Of a stretch of DNA of 64,000 bases, positions 48,930 to 57,108 are shown in pieces; within the stretch, counting starts at the first letter, position 1, and each line of letters opens with the position of its first letter. The notes beneath the pieces are model-generated. The model made no database searches, had not been told where the DNA came from, and saw only the letters and a list, made by a program, of their open reading frames with translations. The position numbers and the translations under genes are program-made. Source of the DNA: a virus (taxonomy: Duplodnaviria; Caudoviricetes); the IMG/VR virus record IMGVR_UViG_3300031998_000004. One strand, given 5' to 3'.

Positions 48930-49658
48930 TTATTTGTAATTTTCTTTTATATATTTTTTCAATTCTTCCGATTTATGTGGTAATCCAAATCTTTTACAAT
49001 AATTTTGTATAGTCATAAAAGAAACACCGTATTTCTTTCTTAAACTATCCATAATATAATTACATTCGGTTAAATCTTCAATCAACTTTTCTTTCGTTAT
49101 TTGAACCTTTAAGTTATTTATTGATTTTTGCACACAACTTTTTGAACAAAATCTTTGTTGTTTATATTTTACTTCAAATTCTTTACCACAGTATTCACAA
49201 TTTTTAATAACATGTTTTCCCCATTTAACACTACTGTGACAAAAATTATCAGTTTGTGAATGACAATTAGGACAAAGCAATTGTAAATTTTCTAATCTAT
49301 TATCACAACGATTTCCATTTATATGATGAAGTTGGAGAGTTATTGGACTATTGTTCCATTCAGTAATACCACAACATTCGCATTTATTTTCTTTATATTT
49401 TAATATTCTCTTTTTTAATTGGCCTGTTCCTATAAAATGATCATGAATGGAAAATAACTCTTCATCCGTGAACATTTTTTTATTAGGATTATATTTTATA
49501 TTTTTATCAAAATGCGAAATATCTATATTATATATAGTTATAAGTTTTTTAATTCTATCATAATTATTATTAGTTGGTCTTAATCCAACTATATTACAAA
49601 CGTTAAATATATTATTACTATTTTTAACGGCTTCTTCTAAAATTTCTTTGTTAATCAT
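48930..49658 (-). CDS. HNH homing endonuclease
   Basis: CECC...LQLHHINGNRCDNRLENLQLLCPNCHSQT. Confidence 0.9.
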   Translation of the reverse strand: MINKEILEEAVKNSNNIFNVCNIVGLRPTNNNYDRIKKLITIYNIDISHFDKNIKYNPNKKMFTDEELFSIHDHFIGTGQLKKRILKYKENKCECCGITEWNNSPITLQLHHINGNRCDNRLENLQLLCPNCHSQTDNFCHSSVKWGKHVIKNCEYCGKEFEVKYKQQRFCSKSCVQKSINNLKVQITKEKLIEDLTECNYIMDSLRKKYGVSFMTIQNYCKRFGLPHKSEELKKYIKENYK

Positions 49659-49721
49659 ATTCTAACCCTCAACTTTATATAAAAATAATAAAGTGTGGGT
49701 TAGAATTTATTTAATAATTTG

Positions 49722-49792
49722 TTGCGGTACCTGGACTCGAACCCGGAAGCTCTCCTTCAAAGGGAGGCATGTTACCATTACATCATACCGCA
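49722..49792 (-). tRNA. tRNA-Gln(UUG)
   Basis: CTCC-CTTTGAA-GGAG; U1-A72. Confidence 0.85.
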
Positions 49793-49798
49793 ATTCTG

Positions 49799-50409
49799 TG
49801 ACCCCAGGGGGACTCGAACCCACCGACCCCAACATTCTTACCACTATAGCTTTCGCTACCAATTATCCTCTGTTTCTGCTTTTACTTTTGCCTATTCAGT
49901 TGCCTTTGTTTCCCTTTTCAGCATATCTCAAGAAACATGTTTCCGAGTAATTGTTTGTGGTCTGGACTCTATCTTAACCATATTGAAATCTTGCAAGTAA
50001 TTATCTCTTCTTATAGCTACAATGATTAGTGTGGTTTCAGCTCCACCGATTTGATAACATTTCAACTTAGGTTCCTCCTGTATAGTCTCTACACACTGTC
50101 TAAGATTTAACTACCCTTCATATAGTCGTTATCTTGGGTAAGTGGTCTTACGATTCCACTACATCTTTAACATTGGCTCGGTATTGGCATATATGGACTG
50201 TCTTCTTCCGTCTGGACTCTAAAGCGATGCTTCTGTGTTACCACCAGCATTAACCAGGAGTGGTTTGTTATTTAGACGATTGTCCGCAACAATGCTCCGT
50301 ACATCCATACTTAGCTTTTGCCGAATTAGGGAGGATTTTCAATGTATCTTTCAACACAAAGTTCCAATTTTTCAAAAGTGTTGTGCTCTACCAACTGAGC
50401 TATGAGGTC
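49799..50409 (-). tRNA. tRNA-Lys(UUU) split by a group I intron (exons 50374-50409 and 49799-49836)
   Basis: Joined exons give CAACA-CTTTTAA-TGTTG and a full cloverleaf. Confidence 0.88.
49837..50373 (-). mobile_element. group I self-splicing intron (537 nt, no ORF seen)
   Basis: Core-like AATTCGGCAAAA, AATACCGAG, GTAGAGACTATA, AAGATAGAGTCC; follows exon U, ends in G. Confidence 0.88.
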
Positions 50410-50434
50410 CTTCCATTTTTCTATGAGTTATTTG

Positions 50435-50593
50435 TAGCATATCTTGGAGTCGAACCAAGTATTTCCAGGGTAATCTTCCTGGCGAGCTTTGTGTCCGGTA
50501 GACCTTTATCCTAACAGAAAGAATTTATTTGCACTTCAACTCAATCCTGGATGTGGTTTCCACTTCTGTGTGTCTCCGACACTCTCATATGCC
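50435..50593 (-). ncRNA. tRNA-like RNA with ~90-nt D-arm insertion
   Basis: Acceptor GGCATAT/ATATGCT, canonical T arm, CCAGG-AAGATTAC-CCTGG arm. Confidence 0.6.
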
Positions 50594-50668
50594 GACAAGT
50601 CAGTGTGTATGCATCACCTCCTGAACTTGTGAAACAGGTTTATATGTATGACAACTTCGCCTGTTTTG

Positions 50669-50745
50669 TCGGGGTGGAGGGATTTGAACCCCCGTGCAAC
50701 CAGCTACGGTTTCGACAAGGTATAAGCTTGAGCCGATACACCCCG
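50669..50745 (-). ncRNA. D-arm-less tRNA-like RNA (UAU loop, long variable region)
   Basis: CGGGGTG/CACCCCG; CAAG-CTTATAC-CTTG; T arm present. Confidence 0.6.
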
Positions 50746-50751
50746 AATGTG

Positions 50752-50827
50752 CTGGGATGAGAGGACTCGAACCTCCAACCGTCGACTTAACGGGCCGCTG
50801 CTCTCAACCAATTAAAGCTACATCCCA
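50752..50827 (-). tRNA. tRNA-Asn(GUU), C33 variant
   Basis: CGGC-CCGTTAA-GTCG; G73. Confidence 0.8.
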
Positions 50828-50833
50828 ATATAG

Positions 50834-50960
50834 TGAATATGGTCGGATTCGAACCAACATAGCCTGTTACTTCTCATCACCTCCCTTTAACATCGTCATG
50901 AAAGGTTCAAACGGAATATAGATTTTCTCCAGTAGCACATCCAATCTGCTTCACATATTC
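50834..50960 (-). ncRNA. tRNA-like RNA with ~60-nt anticodon-arm insertion
   Basis: GAATATG/CATATTC, D arm, canonical T arm GTTGG-TTCGAAT-CCGAC. Confidence 0.6.
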
Positions 50961-50961
50961 G

Positions 50962-51039
50962 CGGCCCATAAGGGAGTCGAACCCTTCTTCTTACATACGC
51001 TGACGACGTAGTTCCACCTCACGGGTGGCCTAATGAGCC
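50962..51039 (-). tRNA. atypical tRNA-Asp(GUC), C33 variant
   Basis: GGCTCAT/ATGGGCC-G73; TACG-TCGTCAG-CGTA; unusual D hairpin. Confidence 0.55.
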
Positions 51040-51133
51040 ATTATTATAGACCGGGACTTACATTGTGCTACTCATGACTAACACCAACTATCTATTGATA
51101 GTGTCGGATTCAAACCGTACTCCTAACGCCAAG

Positions 51134-51206
51134 TAGACCCGGGGAGACTCGAACTCCCATCACCCTGTTTAAGAGACAGGTGCATCAACCATTCTGCCAC
51201 GAGTCC
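51134..51206 (-). tRNA. tRNA-Lys(CUU)
   Basis: CCTGT-CTCTTAA-ACAGG. Confidence 0.9.
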
Positions 51207-51292
51207 ATAGAATGCTCATCTAACCTTTAATTCAACTTTTACAACCAATTACCGGATGAGCCTGCAAGTTTTAGTCAACTATTCCTAGAAAG

Positions 51293-51370
51293 TGGTACTC
51301 CCAGAAGGACTCAAACCTTCAACCTTGTCCTTAGGACGGACCTGCTCTCGTTCAATTGAGCTATGGGAGC
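51293..51370 (-). tRNA. tRNA-Arg(CCU)
   Basis: GTCC-GTCCTAA-GGAC; encoded CCA. Confidence 0.85.
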
Positions 51371-51377
51371 AAATGTT

Positions 51378-51444
51378 AAATCGCGAGAAGTAATAGTCAA
51401 AATAACTAGTTGTGTTTTCTTAATAGGAACTTCTTATGCAATTT
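51378..51444 (-). ncRNA. scaffold RNA copy 4 (no tRNA cargo)
   Basis: GCATAAGAAGTTCCTATT...TTACTTCTCGC around a short hairpin. Confidence 0.65.
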
Positions 51445-51450
51445 CAATGT

Positions 51451-51690
51451 TTATTCAGCTTTCTCGTCTTTCTTGGTCTTCTTGGGGAAGAGTTTCTTAT
51501 AGAGAGTGTAGAATCCGAATCCCTCTACAGCAAGGTTAGCACCAGCAACCCAACCATAGAAACTACCAATAGCACCAAGTGCAACTGCGTTCCATACTCC
51601 TGCTGCAGCGATCAATGCCGCGAAGCAAGCAAGTCCGAAACCAGCAACTTTTGCAAACTGAATCAATGTTTCTTTATTACTATCTGTCAT
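51451..51690 (-). CDS. small membrane protein inside tRNA region
   Basis: Two hydrophobic helices, basic tail. Confidence 0.7.
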   Translation of the reverse strand: MTDSNKETLIQFAKVAGFGLACFAALIAAAGVWNAVALGAIGSFYGWVAGANLAVEGFGFYTLYKKLFPKKTKKDEKAE

Positions 51691-51726
51691 AATCGATTAT
51701 GTTTATTTATGAGATTGAGAATCTCG

Positions 51727-51809
51727 TGGGCAGGGAGGGATTCGAACCCCCGAAGGCGTCAGCCAACAGATTTACAGTCTGCCCGTTTTGACCACTTACC
51801 TACCTACCC
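51727..51809 (-). tRNA. tRNA-Tyr(GUA)
   Basis: GCAGA-CTGTAAA-TCTGT; long variable arm. Confidence 0.92.
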
Positions 51810-51958
51810 AAAATCGAATATCAAACTAACTTTCCTTATTTTGATGTATAGTCACCTCAAAGGGTCCTCCTCAGAGACCGATCCAATGTCGGATTTCACT
51901 ATATACTTTCCGTGTTGCGTCTGCCACCTTATTTGATATTCTTAATCTAAATTAATTA

Positions 51959-53062
51959 TTACTTTTTACTCTTTTGAAATCTCCCTAATTTCCATCCCTT
52001 GGATAAATATTCTTCTACTAATTCGATTTTAATGAATGTATTAATTTCATCTTTATTTACCCATCTCATATTTTTTCGTAAATTAGACATTTTTTTATTT
52101 TTCCAATGTCTTCCTTTATTTACCCCAACCAATTCGCCAGATAAATATTTTGGGTCATTTTTATCAATCATATATGTATTTCCATTAATATCTTTCACAG
52201 ATATTTTTCCATTTATGGTTTTTCGTTTTGGTCTAAATAATTCACCCGATAAATATCTTGGATCATTGGTTGATACAAAATATTTGTTTCCCTCTTTATC
52301 AACCGCAGATATTTTCCCTTTATTATAAGGGACTAATTCACCCGATAAATATTTTGGATCATTGGTTGATACAAAAAATGAATTGTTATTATTATCTACA
52401 ACTTTCACTTTACCCTTAAAATAATTTGGTTGGGGGCTTTGTAACTTTTTTGTTCCATATATATATTTATCTGTTTTTCCTCTTTTGAACCCCAAATTTA
52501 AATAATGATTAAGATCGTCTTTATAAATAAATCTTATATCATTATTTTTATGAATCCAACATCTATCACGATTTGATTCCAATATTTTTTCTTTATTAAA
52601 ATGAACCTTTCTGCCTTTAATCCATCCATTAACCAGATATTTTTCTAATTCTCCTTTTTTGATAGATTTCGAAGTATCGTCTTTATATACCCAACACTTT
52701 CCGAATTGAGAATTTTTCTCTCCCTTTTGACTATCCTTATTTGATTTACTAAGTTTTTGTAAATCATTTTCTGTTAAGAAATACCCACCAATGGATAAAT
52801 TATAGCAATTTGGATTGTTAATCAATTCTTCATTAACTATTTCTTTTTCGAGATTTGATAATTCTTCAAGCGAATTACAAAATTGAACAATTTCTTTTGT
52901 AAAATTTTCTATACCATATTTTACATATGCATCTTGAAGCCTTTTTCCAGACCCCATATATCCATCATTCAAATTATTTGTAGAATGAATCCCATAATAA
53001 AAATGTCCATTAATATTATTTGTTATTTTATATAAATAGTAATATTTTTTGTTAAAATCCAT
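51959..53062 (-). CDS. GIY-YIG (Seg-like) homing endonuclease
   Basis: YLYKITN...YYGIHST...YMGSG; three NDPxYLSGEL repeats. Confidence 0.9.
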   Translation of the reverse strand: MDFNKKYYYLYKITNNINGHFYYGIHSTNNLNDGYMGSGKRLQDAYVKYGIENFTKEIVQFCNSLEELSNLEKEIVNEELINNPNCYNLSIGGYFLTENDLQKLSKSNKDSQKGEKNSQFGKCWVYKDDTSKSIKKGELEKYLVNGWIKGRKVHFNKEKILESNRDRCWIHKNNDIRFIYKDDLNHYLNLGFKRGKTDKYIYGTKKLQSPQPNYFKGKVKVVDNNNNSFFVSTNDPKYLSGELVPYNKGKISAVDKEGNKYFVSTNDPRYLSGELFRPKRKTINGKISVKDINGNTYMIDKNDPKYLSGELVGVNKGRHWKNKKMSNLRKNMRWVNKDEINTFIKIELVEEYLSKGWKLGRFQKSKK

Positions 53063-53141
53063 AATCCTAAAATTGTTTTGTGGGTATTTAACTAAATAAT
53101 AATAAAATAATTACAATTAATTTAACAAATAATTAAATGTG

Positions 53142-53224
53142 TGGTCCTGGGGGGAGTTGCACCCCCACACCCATATGAGTAAGGGTTTTTAAGACCCTTG
53201 TGTCTACTATTCCACCACAAGACC
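53142..53224 (-). tRNA. tRNA-Leu(UAA)
   Basis: AGGGT-CTTAAAA-ACCCT; long variable arm. Confidence 0.88.
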
Positions 53225-53271
53225 ATTAAATTGTTATCTCAAATAATATGAGTTAACTCATTGATTATTAG

Positions 53272-53345
53272 TCTGGTAGGAGAGATTCGAACTCCCGAAA
53301 TCTTGGTCCCAAACCAAGCCCCTTAGACCGCTCGGACACTACCAG
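53272..53345 (-). tRNA. tRNA-Pro(UGG)
   Basis: CTTGG-TTTGGGA-CCAAG. Confidence 0.88.
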
Positions 53346-53502
53346 ATAGAGTAAAAAGAAGAATAATTCTTTCCAAGTCAACGCGTGTACATCGAATGAT
53401 CATCAGATCCCTCTTTATCTGAATTGCAGCCGCAGTATAAATGCGGTTCGGAAGGAGAATCATTCCGATTCTTTATCCAACCTATATTGCGAGGATTCTT
53501 CT

Positions 53503-54426
53503 TTATTTTTCATATAATGAAATAAAATCCTTTCCATATTTGTTTTTAACATAATCTATATATGGTTTAATTTCATTTTCATCAATTATCTTAATATTGT
53601 TTTCTTTACAACATTTTTCTTTTTCGACCCAACTCCTATCCTTGAATCCTTTAATTTCAACCAATTGATTTTCATTGATAATAAAATCTGGGGTGTATGT
53701 ATGTGTTGTTCCATTATATTTATAATTAAAACGAACTTTACATCGTTTAATTGGGATATCATGTTCAATACAATATACTAAATAAGCCAATTCCCACGAA
53801 CTGTCACAATGAATACCATTATAATATCCCATAATTCCTTTGCACGGAATTTTTCCTTCTTCTCTTAATTTAGACATCGAAATGCTTAATTTTAATCTGG
53901 ATTGTTTTGTGTCGTTTTTTTTATCATCCCAAAAAGAAATTAATTCACCCGATTCAAATTTTTCTCTAATTGTATTAGTTGATTTATCATAAATTTTCTT
54001 TATATATTCTTGAGAAAAATTATCCCAGCCAGCCATTGTATGATTTAATTCATGCGGTCTCTTTTTTATTTCAGTTCCAAGACAATTATGATGATATTTA
54101 CAATGAGATAAATGAGCATTAAGAGATTGAGGATTATCAAATTCTCTTCCACATTCACATTTGTATAAATTTTCTGATATTTTATATTTTGATTGTTTGT
54201 GTTCAAAATGATAATCTTTGCAATGACCATGATGACTCCTTAAAGAATTATAAGTCTTAAATTTTCTATGACAACATTCGCATTCAAATTCAAAATCACC
54301 ATATTCTTTTATCTCTTGTAGTTTTTTATTTTTTCGTTCTTCCAAAATCCCCGGACATTTATGCGCGTTATACGCATTAATGCTCTTAAATTCTCGCCCA
54401 CAATATTTACATATTATCTTATTCAT
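53503..54426 (-). CDS. Zn-finger + PD-(D/E)xK (TnsA-like) putative homing endonuclease
   Basis: Three C2H2-like fingers; DSSWE...YTPDFII...VEIKG; AT-rich. Confidence 0.75.
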   Translation of the reverse strand: MNKIICKYCGREFKSINAYNAHKCPGILEERKNKKLQEIKEYGDFEFECECCHRKFKTYNSLRSHHGHCKDYHFEHKQSKYKISENLYKCECGREFDNPQSLNAHLSHCKYHHNCLGTEIKKRPHELNHTMAGWDNFSQEYIKKIYDKSTNTIREKFESGELISFWDDKKNDTKQSRLKLSISMSKLREEGKIPCKGIMGYYNGIHCDSSWELAYLVYCIEHDIPIKRCKVRFNYKYNGTTHTYTPDFIINENQLVEIKGFKDRSWVEKEKCCKENNIKIIDENEIKPYIDYVKNKYGKDFISLYEK

Positions 54427-54472
54427 AATTAAATAATAAAGCAAATTTGGAGAATTTGGTAGACTATAGCTG

Positions 54473-54557
54473 TAGGGAAGGTGGGACTCGAACCCACATG
54501 GGACCTGCCCACTGGTTCCTTAGACCAGCCTGTATACCAAAATTCCAGCACTTCCCC
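54473..54557 (-). tRNA. tRNA-Leu(AAG)
   Basis: CTGGT-CTAAGGA-ACCAG; long variable arm; A73. Confidence 0.85.
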
Positions 54558-54566
54558 GACTTTTTG

Positions 54567-54641
54567 TAGCGCTAGCGGAGCTCGAATCCGCAATCTTTAC
54601 CTTGAGAGGGTAATGTCCTCAACCAATTAGACGATAGCGCC
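54567..54641 (-). tRNA. tRNA-Glu(CUC)
   Basis: TTACC-CTCTCAA-GGTAA. Confidence 0.88.
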
Positions 54642-54905
54642 ATACTAAAAAATAACAATCGTCAGACCTCGACCATATATTTAGAATTAAGTCGACATCA
54701 TCTCCATATATCTCCAAGTATCGAACATCAGTTCCTTGTAATCCCGGAAATACTATTACATCTAAAAAATCCCGGGTGGATTTCATTTTTACATAATATT
54801 TATTTTACTCTTACTTTACTCCTGTACATCTTGTTGGTAAAATAAATATTTAATTTGATTTATTAATATTTATTAATACATAATCATTACAAGGACGATT
54901 GTTAA

Positions 54906-54981
54906 TGGTAGCCCGTGGGGGACTTGAACCCACCGCCTCTGCCTTGAAAGGGCAGCGTGTTTGCCACTTCACTAACGGGCC
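54906..54981 (-). tRNA. tRNA-Glu(UUC)
   Basis: CTGCC-CTTTCAA-GGCAG; encoded CCA. Confidence 0.9.
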
Positions 54982-55358
54982 GTATGCGCCGGGTGTTTTT
55001 GACCGAGCCCAGCATCTCGGGACTGAACTGTTAACGCTACAGTCATCCAACGACCTTTCCATAGTCCACTTGCTTTCCCTCCGTTCTCAAACCGAACATC
55101 TCTGGTACTCACCTTCAATAGCTATAACGTGCAGGTCCTGTAACCGTCGTCGAAACGAACCTGATTATAACCAGTAGGTCTTTAGCCGGTTACTATAACC
55201 ACCAGGAGTGCGTTTAAGACCTACAAACACTTACACATCTCTCTGATGAATATACTGTCCAAATATTATAAGATAAGACAATCACAGAACGTATATCAGA
55301 TTCCTTTTGAGTCATGTGCTTTTATTGCGACTCGGTAAGGTTGAATGCATAAACTGCG

Positions 55359-55431
55359 TGGACCTGGGCGGGATCGAACCACCGACGCAAGGATCTTCAG
55401 TCCTTCGCTCTACCAACTGAGCTACAGGTCC
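55359..55431 (-). tRNA. tRNA-Phe(GAA)
   Basis: AAGGA-CTGAAGA-TCCTT. Confidence 0.92.
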
Positions 55432-55676
55432 ATAGAGCCAAGACATTACTGCCCTGGCGAGTACCTCCCCACTGGAGGCACACCCTATAAGGCCTATCCC
55501 TACAAGGATTTCTTTTCAGCTCCTCTCCAAGCAGTCTTCACAGATACCACCCAAAGAGGTTTTTTACTCATATTATATTTCTTTCAGACTTGTCAATGAA
55601 CTAGATATCTACTTGTGCTGAGCGCCAGCCTCGGACGTTTCCTGTTCCTCCTCCACTTTCAATATCTCTTACAGAT

Positions 55677-55707
55677 TATATATACTAAACTCACATCGAA
55701 CATTTAG
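55677..55707 (-). promoter_or_regulatory. putative phage promoter inside tRNA region
   Basis: CTAAA-N18-TATATATA. Confidence 0.6.
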
Positions 55708-55732
55708 TGATTTTCTTATATATTTTCTCTTG

Positions 55733-55805
55733 TGACCCCAGTGAGACTCGAACTCACGATCCACTCTTTAAAGGAGAGTTGCTTTACCAGCTCAGCTATG
55801 AGGTC
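55733..55805 (-). tRNA. tRNA-Lys(UUU), C33 variant
   Basis: ACTCT-CCTTTAA-AGAGT; same acceptor stem as intron-containing Lys. Confidence 0.8.
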
Positions 55806-55892
55806 ATAGTATTTCACTGACCTCATGGTGAGATCAGCACTTAATTATGTTTTCGTTTAATCTGTATCATATCTTCTTTTAATCTTATCTTG

Positions 55893-55969
55893 TATGGTAG
55901 ACGAGACTCGAACTCGCATAAATGTCTGCATCCCAAATGCAGCCGGTGAACCAATTACCGTACTACCAT
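55893..55969 (-). tRNA. tRNA-Pro(UGG), second copy
   Basis: CTGCA-TTTGGGA-TGCAG. Confidence 0.82.
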
Positions 55970-55975
55970 ATGTAA

Positions 55976-56140
55976 ATAAAAAAATCTCAAGTGCTACTTT
56001 TCTTTTGCACCTGAGATTCTCTTTCTCCTAACGTCTTTCTATCACTTCATCATCTCGTACGGTGCATATACTACCTTTCCTCGTCTTTGAGTTGATCAAA
56101 GAGGGCAACGGGTAAATATGCATTATACTTTCTCATGATA
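55976..56140 (-). promoter_or_regulatory. putative leader-peptide transcription attenuator upstream of tRNA region
   Basis: Mutually exclusive 1:2, 2:3 and 3:4 pairings; terminator AATCTCAGGTGC/GCACTTGAGATT + T tract. Confidence 0.7.
56071..56136 (-). CDS. 21-aa leader peptide MRKYNAYLPVALFDQLKDEER
   Basis: ATG 56136 to TAG 56071, overlapping attenuator segments 1 and 2, ~20 bp downstream of a promoter motif. Confidence 0.6.
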   Translation of the reverse strand: MRKYNAYLPVALFDQLKDEER

Positions 56141-56156
56141 GATTTATGTTCTGTAA

Positions 56157-56187
56157 TTAAAATAATAAGGAGTTTCTAAAAATTTAA
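56157..56187 (-). promoter_or_regulatory. putative phage promoter for leader/tRNA transcript
   Basis: TTAAA-N18-TATTTTAA. Confidence 0.6.
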
Positions 56188-56204
56188 CAACGCTACAAAT
56201 TTTT

Positions 56205-57017
56205 TTACATCCCTGTATCAAACTGCTCGGGAACGAACCTTACAACGAACCTCACTCTATTGTCAAAGTCATCTGGACTAGCAGACTCACATACCCGCAT
56301 CTCGTATTCGAATCCACCCGTCCCACTATAGTAGTGGTCCTGGTCTCCGTGTTCGAGAACCCAATCTTCCATACGCTTGATCATATCATAGACGTGTCTT
56401 TTGATAGCATAAATAGTAGGTACTTTATTCTCATATTCATTTCCCAATGAGTCCTCCCACTTAAACCACTTCCAATCAAGACACCTCATTACCTTATGAA
56501 TCTTCGTCCAGTCCATATACAACATACACTCATCCACCTGATCGCGGAACTGCTTATATGAGCGTGGATCGGTAAGGAACTCCTTGAGTGTGGTCTTCTG
56601 TGGTACTCCGTCAAGCACTTCTTTGACAAACTCCTTCTTATTCTCCACTTCAGTGGAGACTGGCTCAAGCGTATCTGGGTCCATCTCTACTGTCTTCAAT
56701 GTCTTTAGGTCAACGGTGGACACCAACCCACCAAGAAGTTTATCATTAAGGAAGTTCTGAAGGCAATACAAGAACAAGGACTTTTCCTTTTCATATACAT
56801 CTTCTAATGTCTCATATCCTTTACAGTCAAAGAATGGATGCTTGAGCACCTCTTCTGTAAACTCTTCTATATTGTCTTTAAGAGCCTTGTAGTAGTCATC
56901 CGCAGTCCATCTGTCTAGGAGACCCGGGGTTCCGTCTGGTCCCACCGGCGCAACCATCATCTTGTATTCTTTACAGATGTGCTTGAGAAAGTCTTCGAAT
57001 TCTTTCGTTATAATCAT
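56205..57017 (-). CDS. hypothetical protein
   Basis: 270-aa ORF; C-terminal DW.KIHKVM..LDWKW..GTGGF domain. Confidence 0.7.
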   Translation of the reverse strand: MIITKEFEDFLKHICKEYKMMVAPVGPDGTPGLLDRWTADDYYKALKDNIEEFTEEVLKHPFFDCKGYETLEDVYEKEKSLFLYCLQNFLNDKLLGGLVSTVDLKTLKTVEMDPDTLEPVSTEVENKKEFVKEVLDGVPQKTTLKEFLTDPRSYKQFRDQVDECMLYMDWTKIHKVMRCLDWKWFKWEDSLGNEYENKVPTIYAIKRHVYDMIKRMEDWVLEHGDQDHYYSGTGGFEYEMRVCESASPDDFDNRVRFVVRFVPEQFDTGM

Positions 57018-57108
57018 ATCATTTATATTTTAATTAATTAAGTATTCCAATAAAGAATATCATCATAATCGGGCAAATTATCCATTTTATAATTGGTTAG
57101 GGGTTTAA

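Noticed and set aside
46664-55599. ORFs of 60-170 aa overlapping tRNA genes (e.g. 46664, 47967, 49719, 50694, 51436, 54850, 55345)
   Set aside because: Spurious frames across RNA genes
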